DNA of 64,000 nt from Armatimonadota bacterium. Its GTDB lineage: Bacteria > Armatimonadota > UBA5829 > DTLH01. Positions 38,338 to 49,069 of this stretch are shown in pieces. The stretch lies in the NCBI GenBank assembly GCA_038207085.1, contig JBBRAE010000001.1, positions 160,001-224,000 of the forward strand. The letters are read 5' to 3'. Each line of letters begins with the position of its first letter. Position 1 is the first letter of the stretch. The notes under the pieces are model-generated. The model had not been told where the DNA came from. It saw only the letters and a list, made by a program, of their open reading frames with translations, and searched no databases. The position numbers and the translations under genes are program-made.

Positions 38338-40434
38338 ATGATTGAAGTAAGAGAACCGATAACAAGTATTTTTGGTTCGAACGTGTTCAGCGAATCGGTG
38401 ATGCGGGAGAGGCTGCCGAAGATTGTTTTCAAGGCACTCAAGGCCACCATTGATGAGGGCCAGCCGCTCGACCCATCCATCGCTCATGTGATCGCAAACG
38501 CGATGAAGGATTGGGCCATCGAGAAGGGCGCGACGCACTTCTCTCACTGGTTCCAGCCGATGACCGGAATCACTGCCGAAAAGCACGATTCATTCATCTC
38601 CCCCACCGCCGACGGCCGCACCATTATGGAGTTCAGCGGCAAGGAACTGTTCCAGGGCGAGCCTGATGCTTCTTCCTTCCCGTCCGGTGGACTGCGCGCA
38701 ACATTCGAGGCCCGCGGCTACACCGCATGGGACTGCACAAGCCCTGTGTTCATCAAGGCCGACGGCGACAACATTACGCTTTATATCCCGAGTGCGTTCT
38801 GCAGCTACACCAGCGAGGCGCTCGACAAGAAGACCCCGCTCCTTCGTTCTATGGACGCTCTGAACAAGCAGGCAATGCGCGTTCTCAGGGGCCTTGGCAA
38901 TACCACGACCAAGCGCGTAACCGCAACACTTGGCGCTGAGCAGGAGTATTTCCTTGTAGACAGCAAGTTCGCAGAGGCCAGACTCGACCTGATCCTTGCC
39001 GGGCGCACCCTCTTTGGCGCCGCCCCTCCCAAGGGCCAGGAGATGGAGGACCACTACTTCGGAACTCTCCACGAGAGAGTCGCTTCCTACATGAACGAAG
39101 TCAACGTGGAACTCTGGAAGCTTGGCGTCTCAGCAAAGACTCAGCACAACGAGGTTTCACCGGCACAGTATGAGCTTGCACCGGTATTCGCAACGGTTAA
39201 CGTCGCGACTGACCACAACCAGCTCACGATGGAGACCCTGCAGAAAGTCGCTATCCGCCACGGGCTCGTCTGCCTGCTTCACGAGAAGCCGTTTGCAGGC
39301 GTCAACGGTTCCGGCAAGCACAACAACTTCAGCATGGTCACCGATGACGGTATGAACCTGCTCGAACCCGGCAACACTCCGCACGACAACGAGCAGTTCC
39401 TTGTGATCCTGTGCTCGATCATCCGCGCGGTTGATAAGTATTCGAAGCTGCTTAGAGCCACCGTCGCGACCGCTGGCAACGACCACAGACTCGGCGCTAA
39501 CGAGGCTCCTCCTGCGATCGTATCAATCTTCCTCGGCGCTCAGCTCTCTGATATTATGGATCAGCTTGCAATCGGCGCTGCGAAGTCGAGCAAGAAGGGC
39601 GGCGACCTGAAGCTTGGAGTCAGCACCCTGCCTCCAATTCCTATGGATAGCACCGACCGCAACAGGACTTCCCCGTTTGCCTTTACCGGCAATAAGTTCG
39701 AGTTCCGAATGCTTGGCTCCAGCCAGTCGACATCAGGCCCCAACTTCGTCCTGAACTCGATCGTCGCTGACGTTCTTGCAGAGGTCGCCGATAAGCTTGA
39801 GAAGGCCAGTGATGTTCACAAGGCTGCTCAGGATATCTGCTCCAAGATTGCAAAAGATCACAAGAACATTCTCTTCAACGGTGACAACTACTCTGATGAG
39901 TGGGTAAAGGAAGCTGAGAAGCGCGGACTGCCAAACATCCGCAACGCCGTCGACAGCATCCACACGATGGTCGAACCGATGGTTGAGGAACTCTTCGAGA
40001 AGCACGCTGTGCTGAGCAAGGGTGAACTCCATGCCCGCCACGAGATTCTCCTTGAGAGATATGCCAAAGAGATCAACATCGAGGCACAGACCATGCTCCA
40101 CATCGCAAAAAGGCAGATTCTGCCGGCTGCGATCGAGTATTCGGGCGTTATCGCAAATGCTGCGTCAGCAGTCAAGAGCGTCGGCGTGAACGCTGATGCC
40201 CAGGTCAGGGCGCTTGAAGATGTCTGCGGGCTGGTTTCCGACCTGCAGAAGAACATCGCCTCACTTCAGGCTGCCGTTACCAAGGCTCAGGAAACTGAGA
40301 CCGCCGAGACATATCGCGACACGGTCATCCCCGCGATGAGCACTGTTCGCGCGGCTGCTGATGGTCTTGAAGAGATCATGGACGCCGATCTTTGGCCGCT
40401 CCCAACCTATGCTGAGATGCTGTTCATCAAGTAA
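38338..40434 (+). CDS. glnA: Glutamine synthetase type III
   Basis: [91 protein letters not shown]. Confidence 0.97.
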   Translation: MIEVREPITSIFGSNVFSESVMRERLPKIVFKALKATIDEGQPLDPSIAHVIANAMKDWAIEKGATHFSHWFQPMTGITAEKHDSFISPTADGRTIMEFSGKELFQGEPDASSFPSGGLRATFEARGYTAWDCTSPVFIKADGDNITLYIPSAFCSYTSEALDKKTPLLRSMDALNKQAMRVLRGLGNTTTKRVTATLGAEQEYFLVDSKFAEARLDLILAGRTLFGAAPPKGQEMEDHYFGTLHERVASYMNEVNVELWKLGVSAKTQHNEVSPAQYELAPVFATVNVATDHNQLTMETLQKVAIRHGLVCLLHEKPFAGVNGSGKHNNFSMVTDDGMNLLEPGNTPHDNEQFLVILCSIIRAVDKYSKLLRATVATAGNDHRLGANEAPPAIVSIFLGAQLSDIMDQLAIGAAKSSKKGGDLKLGVSTLPPIPMDSTDRNRTSPFAFTGNKFEFRMLGSSQSTSGPNFVLNSIVADVLAEVADKLEKASDVHKAAQDICSKIAKDHKNILFNGDNYSDEWVKEAEKRGLPNIRNAVDSIHTMVEPMVEELFEKHAVLSKGELHARHEILLERYAKEINIEAQTMLHIAKRQILPAAIEYSGVIANAASAVKSVGVNADAQVRALEDVCGLVSDLQKNIASLQAAVTKAQETETAETYRDTVIPAMSTVRAAADGLEEIMDADLWPLPTYAEMLFIK

Positions 40435-40465
40435 GAATAGACCAGTATCCATCAATAGCCATTCC

Positions 40466-40500
40466 AGGGTGGGGCCGCGTAATGCAGCCCCGCCCTTTTT
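40466..40500 (+). terminator. Intrinsic terminator after glnA
   Basis: AGGGTGGGGCCGC..GCAGCCCCGCCCT plus TTTT. Confidence 0.8.
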
Positions 40501-40534
40501 GCGTGTTTTTGGTGCTCTGGCTGAACGATTTCCG

Positions 40535-40563
40535 TTGACAATCCGCCCTTCACATGGTATAAA
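40535..40563 (+). promoter_or_regulatory. Sigma70 promoter
   Basis: TTGACA-17 nt-TATAAA. Confidence 0.7.
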
Positions 40564-40727
40564 GCAATTGGTTGTACAATCGCATGTTTGCAGATACCAT
40601 CAACAGCGCCATTGTTCTGGTTATGAAATCACCTGTCACACCGATTTAGAGCGGCCACAGACTGCTGAGGATGATAGTGTGCCAACGTCGGCTCTTTGGC
40701 TGTATGATGGAGATGAAGGGAGACAGA

Positions 40728-43700
40728 ATGTCCAGACAACGCCTAATATTCTCACTTGTGGTCGTCGCAATGCTGCTTATCGCATCTCCGGTGCTCGCGG
40801 CTACGTTCAATCTTGCCACAGACTGGTCAAGCACGGCAAATCCCAACGGCCAATGGTCATACGGTTGGGTAGATGCTACTTCAGGTGCATTTTCTCCATA
40901 CAACGTTCACCCATATCAGCAATACTGGTATCCCGGGCAGAGCTATTGGTGCGTCGGGCAGGACTTGTATGGCTACGGCAACGCGAATAAGAACCTTGCC
41001 ACCGGGACAGTCGTATTCTATAACGGCGGATCCGCGCGCAGGACTACTGCTCGATGGGCCAGCAACGCAACTGCTAGCGTCTACATCTGGGCGACATTTA
41101 CTGCTTCATCTAATGGCACCTACTACAACCCCATCAGATGCGCGGTCCGCCGAAATGGTATTGAGCAGTTCGCGACAACGTCGAGCTATAACAATACGCT
41201 GCGCATCGCGGGAAGCATTAGTGTGAACGCCGGCGACTCCCTTGATATCTGCACGGGGGCCGTTCCTGGAGCGACTGGTCAGACGCAAAATTACGTAACG
41301 CTCAGCGCAATTATATCGACAGATCAACCCGGGACTGTCTCTGGGACGGTATACTCCAACCTCACCGGGCATCCCACGGTTGGTCACGCTGTTATAAAGA
41401 CGTCGGACGGAAAATACTCCACCACCTCCGACGCAAGCGGCGCTTACACTCTGGCGCTACCGCCCGGGTCGTACGCCCTTGTGGCCTCTGAGAATCGGTT
41501 TGCGTCTGATCAATCTGAGCAAATCAGCATCAGCCAGGGGGCTAACACCCCTCTCGACTTCGACCTTATCGCTGGAAGCTTGACGGGCACCGTAACCTCC
41601 GACACTGCTGGAAACCCGCCGATAGCGGGAGCGATCGTCCGCACCGATGGTAGCCCAAGTTACTCGGCGAACACCGGCGCCGACGGTGCCTATACACTCT
41701 TTGCCCCACAGATTGCCTCCACAACACGCCTTCTTGTCGCTGCGCCGGGCCACGACCCGCAGCGAGACGCTCTCGCTCTTTCGGCAGGCCAGACGAAGAG
41801 CAAGAGCTTTGCACTTCGCCCGACAGGGGCCGGGATGCTCATCAATCTTCCTGCACCGGGTGAGTGGGGTGAGCCAGGTATGGCCCCGACTGCTCCCGGA
41901 GATGCATTTGCTGTGAAGTTCTCGAACCCTACGGCGCTGCCGAGTCCCGGAGCGCCTGCTATCAGCGGTTGGAACGAGACTATCAAACCTGATGAAACGT
42001 TCACTATGACCGGAGTTCGCTTTACAGCCCGAACAGGCGTGGATACCGGAACCGATACGGTCGTCTGGCTCTATGCAGACACACCTTCGGGCGGCGTGCT
42101 TCGCCAGATTAAAGTGTGGCGGGTCACAGCGTCGAGCTTGACTGCGCTTATGCCTAGTGACATACCATTTGGGATGTATCTGGTCTGGATAGAAAACGAG
42201 GACGGAGTAAGCGCGCCGGTCACTGTCAACAGAACTACATCACAGTGGATTGGCCCGCTTGGCGCATCCGGCGCGGCAGGGGCGACCAAGAGGGTTTTTG
42301 GTCGGAATGTGTCCTCCAACCACGGAACTACATCGAGTTACGTGTATATTCAGCCTGCTGAGGGTGGTGCGTTTACGCAGTGCGCCGTCACGCAGGTCGA
42401 GCCATACGCGGTCTGGTTTACCATCCCGTCGGGAACGGCGAACGGCTACTACAAGGTCTACTTGCACAACGGACACGGAGGCAGGTACGGATGGAGCGAC
42501 CCCGTCGATCTCTCAGTTGCTCCAGACTGGACCAGAGACCCGGCGCAGGTTGCGGTGACCCCGAACGGGACGAACGACTCAATTAACATCCAAAACGCGA
42601 TCGACAGTCTGTCGCTCAACTCTAACGGCGGCACTGTAGTGCTTTCGGCGGGTGACTATATCTTGAAGGGTGGTCTGGACCTAAAGAACGGCGTCGAGAT
42701 CAAGGGCGCTGGAATGAACAGCACCAGGTTGCTCGCACAGCTGACATCCGCGGTCGCCGTCGTTAAGATCACCGGTGTGAATACTGCGCTCACAGATCTC
42801 ACGATTCGCTCAAAATCCGGGTTTACTAACCCTCAAGGCGAGATCACCAACGTTGCAGGTTCAAGCGACGCGAAGTTCTTGCGCATCAGGATTGAGTCCG
42901 ATGCCGGTATCTACTCAGGAAGCTTCAGCACACCGCTTCGCAGCGAGGTTGTCGGCTGTGAATGCAACCGTGAACCTGACCCTGCCGGACGCGCCTGGAT
43001 CCATAACTCGACCCTGTACGGTGACTTCCACTGGGCGACCGAGGCCGCGTTGAACCTTATGACTAACTACAATGTGGTAGAGTACAGCCACGTTGAGACA
43101 AAGAACTGGCCGGTTAGCCCTACCGGCAGCAAGAACTACACTCAGTTTATGACGTGGGAAGAGTTCAAAGACATCGTGTGGTCGATGAGAATCGCGCTCA
43201 CATACTGCTCTTACAACTACATCGCGCACCTGACGAGCAAAGATGTCGCCGTTCAGACGAACAAAGGTGAGATGATACTCTTCCACGGCCACGCCGCGTA
43301 CTGGTATGGCAACGTGATCACGTGCGACGGCACCAGGCTGACATTGCGGACCGATGGTCTTGTTGACGGGCAGCCTTCTGTGATTAACAACTATAGCGAC
43401 ATACACCTTGCTGGCGGGCAGATGGTCCCGGATGGTCCGGGAAGCTGGTACGCGCTTGACGGCAAGTATATATCAATCCTGGCAGGCGCGGGGTTCGGCG
43501 AGTCGAGAAGAATCGTTTCGCATACCCCGACCACAATCACAATAGACCGACCGTTCAGGGTGAACCCGGACGCAACATCAAAGGCGATGGTCCAGACCAG
43601 CTTTCAGGGAAACATCATATACAAGAACGATCTAAATGCCTTCCCTGTGGGTTATGACCAGACTGAGGGTTCGGCCAGCGTCGCAGTAGACATAGACGGC

Positions 43701-46316
43701 AATGGCTGGTCCAACATGTTCGAAGGCAACGTGTCCCACAGAACCAGAAGTGGATGCGCAATACTCTCAGTTTCCGGTGGCCCCAGCTACTGGAACGAGG
43801 CGAGAGATCACGAAGCCTACGATGTAGAAAGCGGCGGGTTCCAGATGATACCACGCGATGACCAGGCGATCGGGCCTGACCTCGTAGGCAACAGATACGA
43901 AGGCGGCATCATCAATGTAACTGGCAGCGCTGGCGGCGCGATCCACGCTGATGGTGGAGACGGCAACGCCTGCGAAGGGATCACCGCAACATCCAAACGC
44001 GGCATCTTTATGACTCACGGTGGCTACGATTGGCACCCAGCGACTCCCAACGGGCTCACGCTCTATCGCAATAACACCGTAACGACAGTCGATGCGCCTA
44101 CTTCACCCTCATCCCCGCAGCCAGTATATGTCATGAACGCAGACAGCTTGCAGTGGTTGATGAACAACAAGTATACGAACTCTTCCCAGCCATATGTGCT
44201 TGCGTCTGGAGTCGGGATGTATTCGACCCCGGTCGCTATGCGCAAACTGGTGAAGATCACCGGCTATATGGGCTACCCGATTGATGAGGTCTTGCTCGAA
44301 GTTGCAAATGTGGGATTATCGGGGATGACCTGGACTGCCGCGGCGAGCGCGCCGTGGATTGTGCCAACTGTGCTGAGTGGCAACCCCACCGGGCCGGAAA
44401 GCGACATGGGGCGGCTCCAGATCGCCGTCAATCCCATTGGACTTGCTGCTGGAAGACACTGGGGGTATATCGACATTCTCGCCGGCGCAAAGATCGCACG
44501 AGTCGGTGTTTGCCTTGATCTTTCCTCCGGCGCACCGCCATCGACTGCTCCTGTTGCGAGCTTTACAGCGACTCCTACGGTCGGCACAACGCCGCTTGCC
44601 GTATCGTTCGATGCCAGGTCTTCAGTAGCCCCAGGTGGCTTGATTACGAGCTACGTGTGGGAGTTCGGAGACGGGTCAACGGGCTTGGGCGATGTCGCCA
44701 GCCACGCGTATTTGGCTGGAAGCTACACTGCTACACTAACCGTAACTGACTCCAACGGCATCAGTGATACTGACAGAAAGGTGTTTACAGTCTACCCTGC
44801 AGTCAGCTCCATCTCGATATCCGGGTCCCCTACCCCCTTGACCGATGTTGGAACCCAGGTTACCTTTACCGCGTCTGCCGTGGGGGGATATGGCACAAAA
44901 TACAAGTTCCTGCTCAAGACTGGCAACGGTGGATGGGCCACCATGCAGGACTATTCAACTGCCGCAACGGCTTCATGGACTCCGACTGCTTCCGGGTTCT
45001 ATGCCATCAAGTGCCACGCACGGGCAAGTGACTCCACCCGGGTATACGACGCTACAAGCAAGGAACTCAGCTACCCTGTAGGCATTCTGCCAGCTAGCGG
45101 TATGGCGCTTTGGCTGAAAGCCGATGCAGGCACTACCCTTGACGCTTCGGGGAAGATAAGTGACTGGGCAGACCAGACATCAGGTTCAACAAAGAAACTT
45201 ACCCAGACGACCCCTAACTACAGGCCTGGTATAGTCCAAGGAGCGCTTAACGGCCAACCGGTTGTGCGATTTACGAGTGCCTCAACCTACCTTTCAACTA
45301 CCGCTTCCGTGCTCTCGGGTGCGACACCCTTTACAGCATTCACCGTGGCACGAGTCAACAGCAACCCCGCCTATAACTACCAGCATTTCTGGTGGTGCGG
45401 CACGGACTCAATCTATGCCGGTTATGCCCAGTGGATGACAACTTCAGGCAGACTTAGGGCAAGCTGGGGAAGCTCCGGCGCGCTGATATCCACATCAACG
45501 GCGGCAACACTCAGCAGTTGGTACACAATTGCGAGCCGCTATGCTCCCGGGCTCCACGAGATGTGGCTCAACAGCACGCCGGTGAACACCTCCATCAAGT
45601 CAGACTCGAACTTAGCTGCCGGGTTCACCGTCGGCAACTCTGTGTCCAATTGCCAAGGGCTCTACGGTGATATCGCTGAGCTCTTGATATTCTCAAGAAA
45701 GCTCACGGAGACCGAGCGCCAGGGCGTAGAGCAGTATCTCAGTGTAAGGTGGAGCAACCCTGTACCTGTGGCCGTCGACCGACTGAAAGACGTCAAAGCA
45801 CTCGGTGACGGTGTGCTCGTATCGATCTCAACGTCAAAAACTGCGATCACAGACTCAGGAGTCTACTCGGACGGCGGCGTCTACGTAAGCGAGGCTGACA
45901 GAACGTGTGGGCTCAAGATAACGATCGCGGACGTTGTACAGGCTTCGGAAAGACTGACTGTTACAGGAACCACGGACACGGATGTCCTGACCGGCGAGAA
46001 GGTGTTCAGGGTTACTTCATTCAGTAAAGACGTGGGGGAGAAGGTCAATCCTCTTGGAATGGCGAACAAGACCTTAGCTGCTTCCGGTCAGCTTCTGCGG
46101 GTGTGGGGACGTGTGAAAGAAAAGACCGCATCTTACATCACTCTTGACGACGGCTCGGGAGTGCCTGCAAAGGTTCAGATCGACGGGCTTACGACACCTA
46201 TAACGAGTCTGCCGGGAGTCGGTGACTACATAAGCGTGACCGGACCGGCAGGGGTGACGGCCGGAGGAGGAACCGCGATAAGGGTCCGATCCTCAGTCGA
46301 CATCAAAGTCTATTAG
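40728..46316 (+). CDS. Large secreted multidomain protein (carboxypeptidase-regulatory-like repeats, beta-helix/pectin-lyase-like core, BACON-like, PKD, LamG-like, C-terminal OB-like pair)
   Basis: Signal peptide ending SPVLA; GTVSGTV..SDASGAYTL twice; DSINIQNAID..GGTVVLSAGDY..IKGAGMNST; APVASF..YVWEFGDG..TLTVTD; LWLKADAG..W..LNGQPVVRF..GDIAELLIFSRKL; VWGRV..LDDGSG..GDYISVTG..RSSVDI. Confidence 0.8.
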   Translation: MSRQRLIFSLVVVAMLLIASPVLAATFNLATDWSSTANPNGQWSYGWVDATSGAFSPYNVHPYQQYWYPGQSYWCVGQDLYGYGNANKNLATGTVVFYNGGSARRTTARWASNATASVYIWATFTASSNGTYYNPIRCAVRRNGIEQFATTSSYNNTLRIAGSISVNAGDSLDICTGAVPGATGQTQNYVTLSAIISTDQPGTVSGTVYSNLTGHPTVGHAVIKTSDGKYSTTSDASGAYTLALPPGSYALVASENRFASDQSEQISISQGANTPLDFDLIAGSLTGTVTSDTAGNPPIAGAIVRTDGSPSYSANTGADGAYTLFAPQIASTTRLLVAAPGHDPQRDALALSAGQTKSKSFALRPTGAGMLINLPAPGEWGEPGMAPTAPGDAFAVKFSNPTALPSPGAPAISGWNETIKPDETFTMTGVRFTARTGVDTGTDTVVWLYADTPSGGVLRQIKVWRVTASSLTALMPSDIPFGMYLVWIENEDGVSAPVTVNRTTSQWIGPLGASGAAGATKRVFGRNVSSNHGTTSSYVYIQPAEGGAFTQCAVTQVEPYAVWFTIPSGTANGYYKVYLHNGHGGRYGWSDPVDLSVAPDWTRDPAQVAVTPNGTNDSINIQNAIDSLSLNSNGGTVVLSAGDYILKGGLDLKNGVEIKGAGMNSTRLLAQLTSAVAVVKITGVNTALTDLTIRSKSGFTNPQGEITNVAGSSDAKFLRIRIESDAGIYSGSFSTPLRSEVVGCECNREPDPAGRAWIHNSTLYGDFHWATEAALNLMTNYNVVEYSHVETKNWPVSPTGSKNYTQFMTWEEFKDIVWSMRIALTYCSYNYIAHLTSKDVAVQTNKGEMILFHGHAAYWYGNVITCDGTRLTLRTDGLVDGQPSVINNYSDIHLAGGQMVPDGPGSWYALDGKYISILAGAGFGESRRIVSHTPTTITIDRPFRVNPDATSKAMVQTSFQGNIIYKNDLNAFPVGYDQTEGSASVAVDIDGNGWSNMFEGNVSHRTRSGCAILSVSGGPSYWNEARDHEAYDVESGGFQMIPRDDQAIGPDLVGNRYEGGIINVTGSAGGAIHADGGDGNACEGITATSKRGIFMTHGGYDWHPATPNGLTLYRNNTVTTVDAPTSPSSPQPVYVMNADSLQWLMNNKYTNSSQPYVLASGVGMYSTPVAMRKLVKITGYMGYPIDEVLLEVANVGLSGMTWTAAASAPWIVPTVLSGNPTGPESDMGRLQIAVNPIGLAAGRHWGYIDILAGAKIARVGVCLDLSSGAPPSTAPVASFTATPTVGTTPLAVSFDARSSVAPGGLITSYVWEFGDGSTGLGDVASHAYLAGSYTATLTVTDSNGISDTDRKVFTVYPAVSSISISGSPTPLTDVGTQVTFTASAVGGYGTKYKFLLKTGNGGWATMQDYSTAATASWTPTASGFYAIKCHARASDSTRVYDATSKELSYPVGILPASGMALWLKADAGTTLDASGKISDWADQTSGSTKKLTQTTPNYRPGIVQGALNGQPVVRFTSASTYLSTTASVLSGATPFTAFTVARVNSNPAYNYQHFWWCGTDSIYAGYAQWMTTSGRLRASWGSSGALISTSTAATLSSWYTIASRYAPGLHEMWLNSTPVNTSIKSDSNLAAGFTVGNSVSNCQGLYGDIAELLIFSRKLTETERQGVEQYLSVRWSNPVPVAVDRLKDVKALGDGVLVSISTSKTAITDSGVYSDGGVYVSEADRTCGLKITIADVVQASERLTVTGTTDTDVLTGEKVFRVTSFSKDVGEKVNPLGMANKTLAASGQLLRVWGRVKEKTASYITLDDGSGVPAKVQIDGLTTPITSLPGVGDYISVTGPAGVTAGGGTAIRVRSSVDIKVY

Positions 46317-46326
46317 CCCGCCTATT

Positions 46327-46354
46327 CGGCCCGGGGTTCAAACACTCCGGGCCG
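46327..46354. terminator. Hairpin between genes
   Basis: CGGCCCGGGGT..ACTCCGGGCCG. Confidence 0.5.
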
Positions 46355-46391
46355 TTCATCATAAGCTATAACAAATACATACGAGGAATAC

Positions 46392-48089
46392 ATGAATATA
46401 GACGTAAGTTACACTCCATTCAGCCGCTTCGGCTCGTACATCGCGTTTTCACAGATCGACGACAGCAGAGCTAAGCTGGCCAACATCACGCCAGGGCTTT
46501 GGATGCGCTGCGTCCACGGAGATGCAGCCAAGGAGGTCTTTCGCCTTGAGGTTCTGGTTGACGGCGTGCCCGCGCCTTACGAGATATCAGCCGAACCGGC
46601 CGTGCTGACACTTTCCACTGAGCGAGGCAGCGTACGTGTGTGCATCTCAAGCACGGATCAAGTGCGCTTCCAGGGAAACGGCATTGGGCTGAGGCTAGTC
46701 GGGCGTGACGGCGCTAATAACTGCGCCATACCCCAACCTGAGGGACGCTGGCTGATCACAATGGCCACGGCGTTTCGCAACTACGTAGCCGTGCCGCTCG
46801 CGGGTGAGCTGAAGGTAGATGCCCCCTGGGGAATCGCAAAGTGCAACTATGTTCACGTCGATCTTCTGCCGGACTCAACAGAATTCTTTGATATCGCGCT
46901 TGATCAGGTCGTCGGAGCTTGGACACCCGGCGTCTATTCGAGCTCGTTTGATGATATCGCAGACGCGATTGACCATGAGTTCCGCCAGTTTGCCCAAGGG
47001 TGCGGCAGTGTGCCCACGGAGTTCGCGGAAACAGCAGAAGCGGCTGCCTATCTCAACTGGTCGACAGTCGTTCACCCCTGCGGGCTTTTAGGTCGTCCCG
47101 CTATGCTGATGAGTAAGAACTGGATGACCAACGTCTGGAGCTGGGACCATGCATTCAACGCGATGGCACTTGCCTACGGTCACCCGGAGCTTGCCTGGGA
47201 TCAGATGATGACCATGTTCGACCACCAGCAGCCCGAGGGCCAGATTCCCGACTTTGTAAACGATGTCGTCATGCTCTACTGCTTCGTCAAACCGCCGATC
47301 CACGGTTGGATCCTCTCCAAGATGATGGACGCCAACCCCTGGTTCAGAGACAAGTCACGCGTCGAGGAGATATACGAGCCGATGTGCAAGTTCACCGACT
47401 GGTGGTTTGCGCACCGCAACCCAGACGGCGACGGTCTGCCGCAGTACCACCACGGCAACGATTCTGGCTGGGATAACGGCACCGTGTTTGATATTGGTCT
47501 TCCAGTGAAAGGCTGCGATCTTGCAGCGTTCCTGGTGGTCCAGATGTCGGTCCTCGCTGATATGGCGACAATGCTTGGACGCGAAGAAGAGTCTAAGAAA
47601 TGGTCGGCAAGGTCTGATGAGACGCTTCAGAAACTCCTAGCCAAACTCTGGAAAGGCGATTGCTTTGTTTGCCCATCAGCGATCGACGGAAGCGTCACAG
47701 AAGAATCTGACAGCATCTTCACCTGTCTGCCGATTATTCTTGGAGATAAGCTTCCACTAGAGATTAGGCAGAAGCTTGCGTCTGACATCGAGCGCCATTT
47801 GACGGAATGGGGACCGGCAACCGAAAACGTGGGCTCTCCGCTCTACGAACGTGACGGCTACTGGCGCGGCCCCATCTGGGCACCGCCGACGATGATCATC
47901 GCGGACGGGCTTCGCCGCGCGGGCTTTGATGATCTGGCAAAGGACGTAGCAGGCCGATTCTGCAAACTCTGCAAGAAGAGCGAGTTTGCCGAGAACTTCG
48001 ACGCTGTAACCGGCGAACCGCTCAGAGACCGCGCCTACACCTGGACTTCGAGCGTGTTCCTGGTGCTCGCGCACGAGTTCCTGTCCTAA
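46392..48089 (+). CDS. (alpha/alpha)6 glycoside hydrolase, GH63/MGH1-like
   Basis: VWSWDHAF, KPPIHGW, NDSGWDN, YWRGPIWAP, FAENFD, YTWT. Confidence 0.85.
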   Translation: MNIDVSYTPFSRFGSYIAFSQIDDSRAKLANITPGLWMRCVHGDAAKEVFRLEVLVDGVPAPYEISAEPAVLTLSTERGSVRVCISSTDQVRFQGNGIGLRLVGRDGANNCAIPQPEGRWLITMATAFRNYVAVPLAGELKVDAPWGIAKCNYVHVDLLPDSTEFFDIALDQVVGAWTPGVYSSSFDDIADAIDHEFRQFAQGCGSVPTEFAETAEAAAYLNWSTVVHPCGLLGRPAMLMSKNWMTNVWSWDHAFNAMALAYGHPELAWDQMMTMFDHQQPEGQIPDFVNDVVMLYCFVKPPIHGWILSKMMDANPWFRDKSRVEEIYEPMCKFTDWWFAHRNPDGDGLPQYHHGNDSGWDNGTVFDIGLPVKGCDLAAFLVVQMSVLADMATMLGREEESKKWSARSDETLQKLLAKLWKGDCFVCPSAIDGSVTEESDSIFTCLPIILGDKLPLEIRQKLASDIERHLTEWGPATENVGSPLYERDGYWRGPIWAPPTMIIADGLRRAGFDDLAKDVAGRFCKLCKKSEFAENFDAVTGEPLRDRAYTWTSSVFLVLAHEFLS

Positions 48090-48098
48090 TAACGCACG

Positions 48099-48127
48099 TC
48101 CGGGAGTCACTCACACTGGCTCCCGGA
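48099..48127. terminator. Hairpin after the glycoside hydrolase gene
   Basis: TCCGGGAGTCA-7 nt-TGGCTCCCGGA. Confidence 0.5.
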
Positions 48128-48243
48128 TATCTACCCCCAATCGCACAATTCCCCAAAATCCCTCCAAAAGAAGCAGGTAATCCCACGTTTTCTGGCGAAC
48201 TCATCATTAGCAAACTGTTTGCAAACAGGAGATGATCTTTACG

Positions 48244-49065
48244 ATGAGTTTGTTTTCATTGACCGGTAAGAACGCGGTTGTTCTCGGCGGCGCTGGCGTG
48301 CTCGGCTGTGATGTTGCCCGCGGGCTTGCTGCTAACGGCGCAAGTGTAGCTGTCGCCGACCTCTCGCTTGAGAATGCTCAGGCGCTTGCATCCAGCCTGA
48401 ACACGAACGGCGGCAAGTGCTCCGCCTATCGTGTTGATGCGATGCTCGCAGAGTCGCTTCAGGAAGTGTGCGACCAAGTTGTAGATGACTTTGGCCAGAT
48501 CGACATATTGGTTAACGCAGTCGGCGGCAATTCCAAGGCTGCAACCATCTCAAACGAGGTCGATTTCTTCAATCTGCCCATCCCGGCCCTCCAGAACGTT
48601 GTCAACCTGAACCTCTTTGCTGGGGCGATTCTTCCTTCGCAGATATTCGGCAAGGTGATGACAGGAAACGCCGACGGCGGTTCGATCATCAACGTGAGCT
48701 CCATGAACGCATTTCGTCCGCTGACGAGAATTGCGGGCTACTCCGCCGCAAAGGCTGCCGTAAGCAACTTCACCCAGTGGCTCGCAGTGTATCTTGCTCA
48801 GGCAGGGTATCCGATGCTCAGAGTGAACGCGATTGCGCCAGGGTTTTTCCTCACGGAGCAGAACAGATTCCTCCTCACCGACGAGAAGTCCGGAGAGCTT
48901 ACCGAGCGCGGGCAGAAGATTCTGGCTCACACTCCGATGAACCGTTTCGGCAACCCCGAGGACCTGATCGGCACACTCATCTGGCTCGCCTCCGACGCCT
49001 CGAAGTTCGTAACGGGGATCGTTGTCCCGGTTGATGGCGGTTTCTCGGCTTATAGTGGAGTTTAG
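48244..49065 (+). CDS. SDR oxidoreductase, D-mannonate oxidoreductase (fructuronate reductase)-like
   Basis: GGAGVLG, NAVGGN..AT, SSMNAFRPLTRIAGYSAAKAAVSNFTQWLAV, PGFFLTEQNR, HTPMNRFG, DGGFSAYSGV. Confidence 0.82.
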   Translation: MSLFSLTGKNAVVLGGAGVLGCDVARGLAANGASVAVADLSLENAQALASSLNTNGGKCSAYRVDAMLAESLQEVCDQVVDDFGQIDILVNAVGGNSKAATISNEVDFFNLPIPALQNVVNLNLFAGAILPSQIFGKVMTGNADGGSIINVSSMNAFRPLTRIAGYSAAKAAVSNFTQWLAVYLAQAGYPMLRVNAIAPGFFLTEQNRFLLTDEKSGELTERGQKILAHTPMNRFGNPEDLIGTLIWLASDASKFVTGIVVPVDGGFSAYSGV

Positions 49066-49069
49066 AGAC

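Noticed and set aside
40564..40727. Riboswitch or FadR-type operator in the 160-nt leader
   Set aside because: No c-di-GMP or c-di-AMP core recognised; AATTGGTTGTACAAT is only a weak palindrome.
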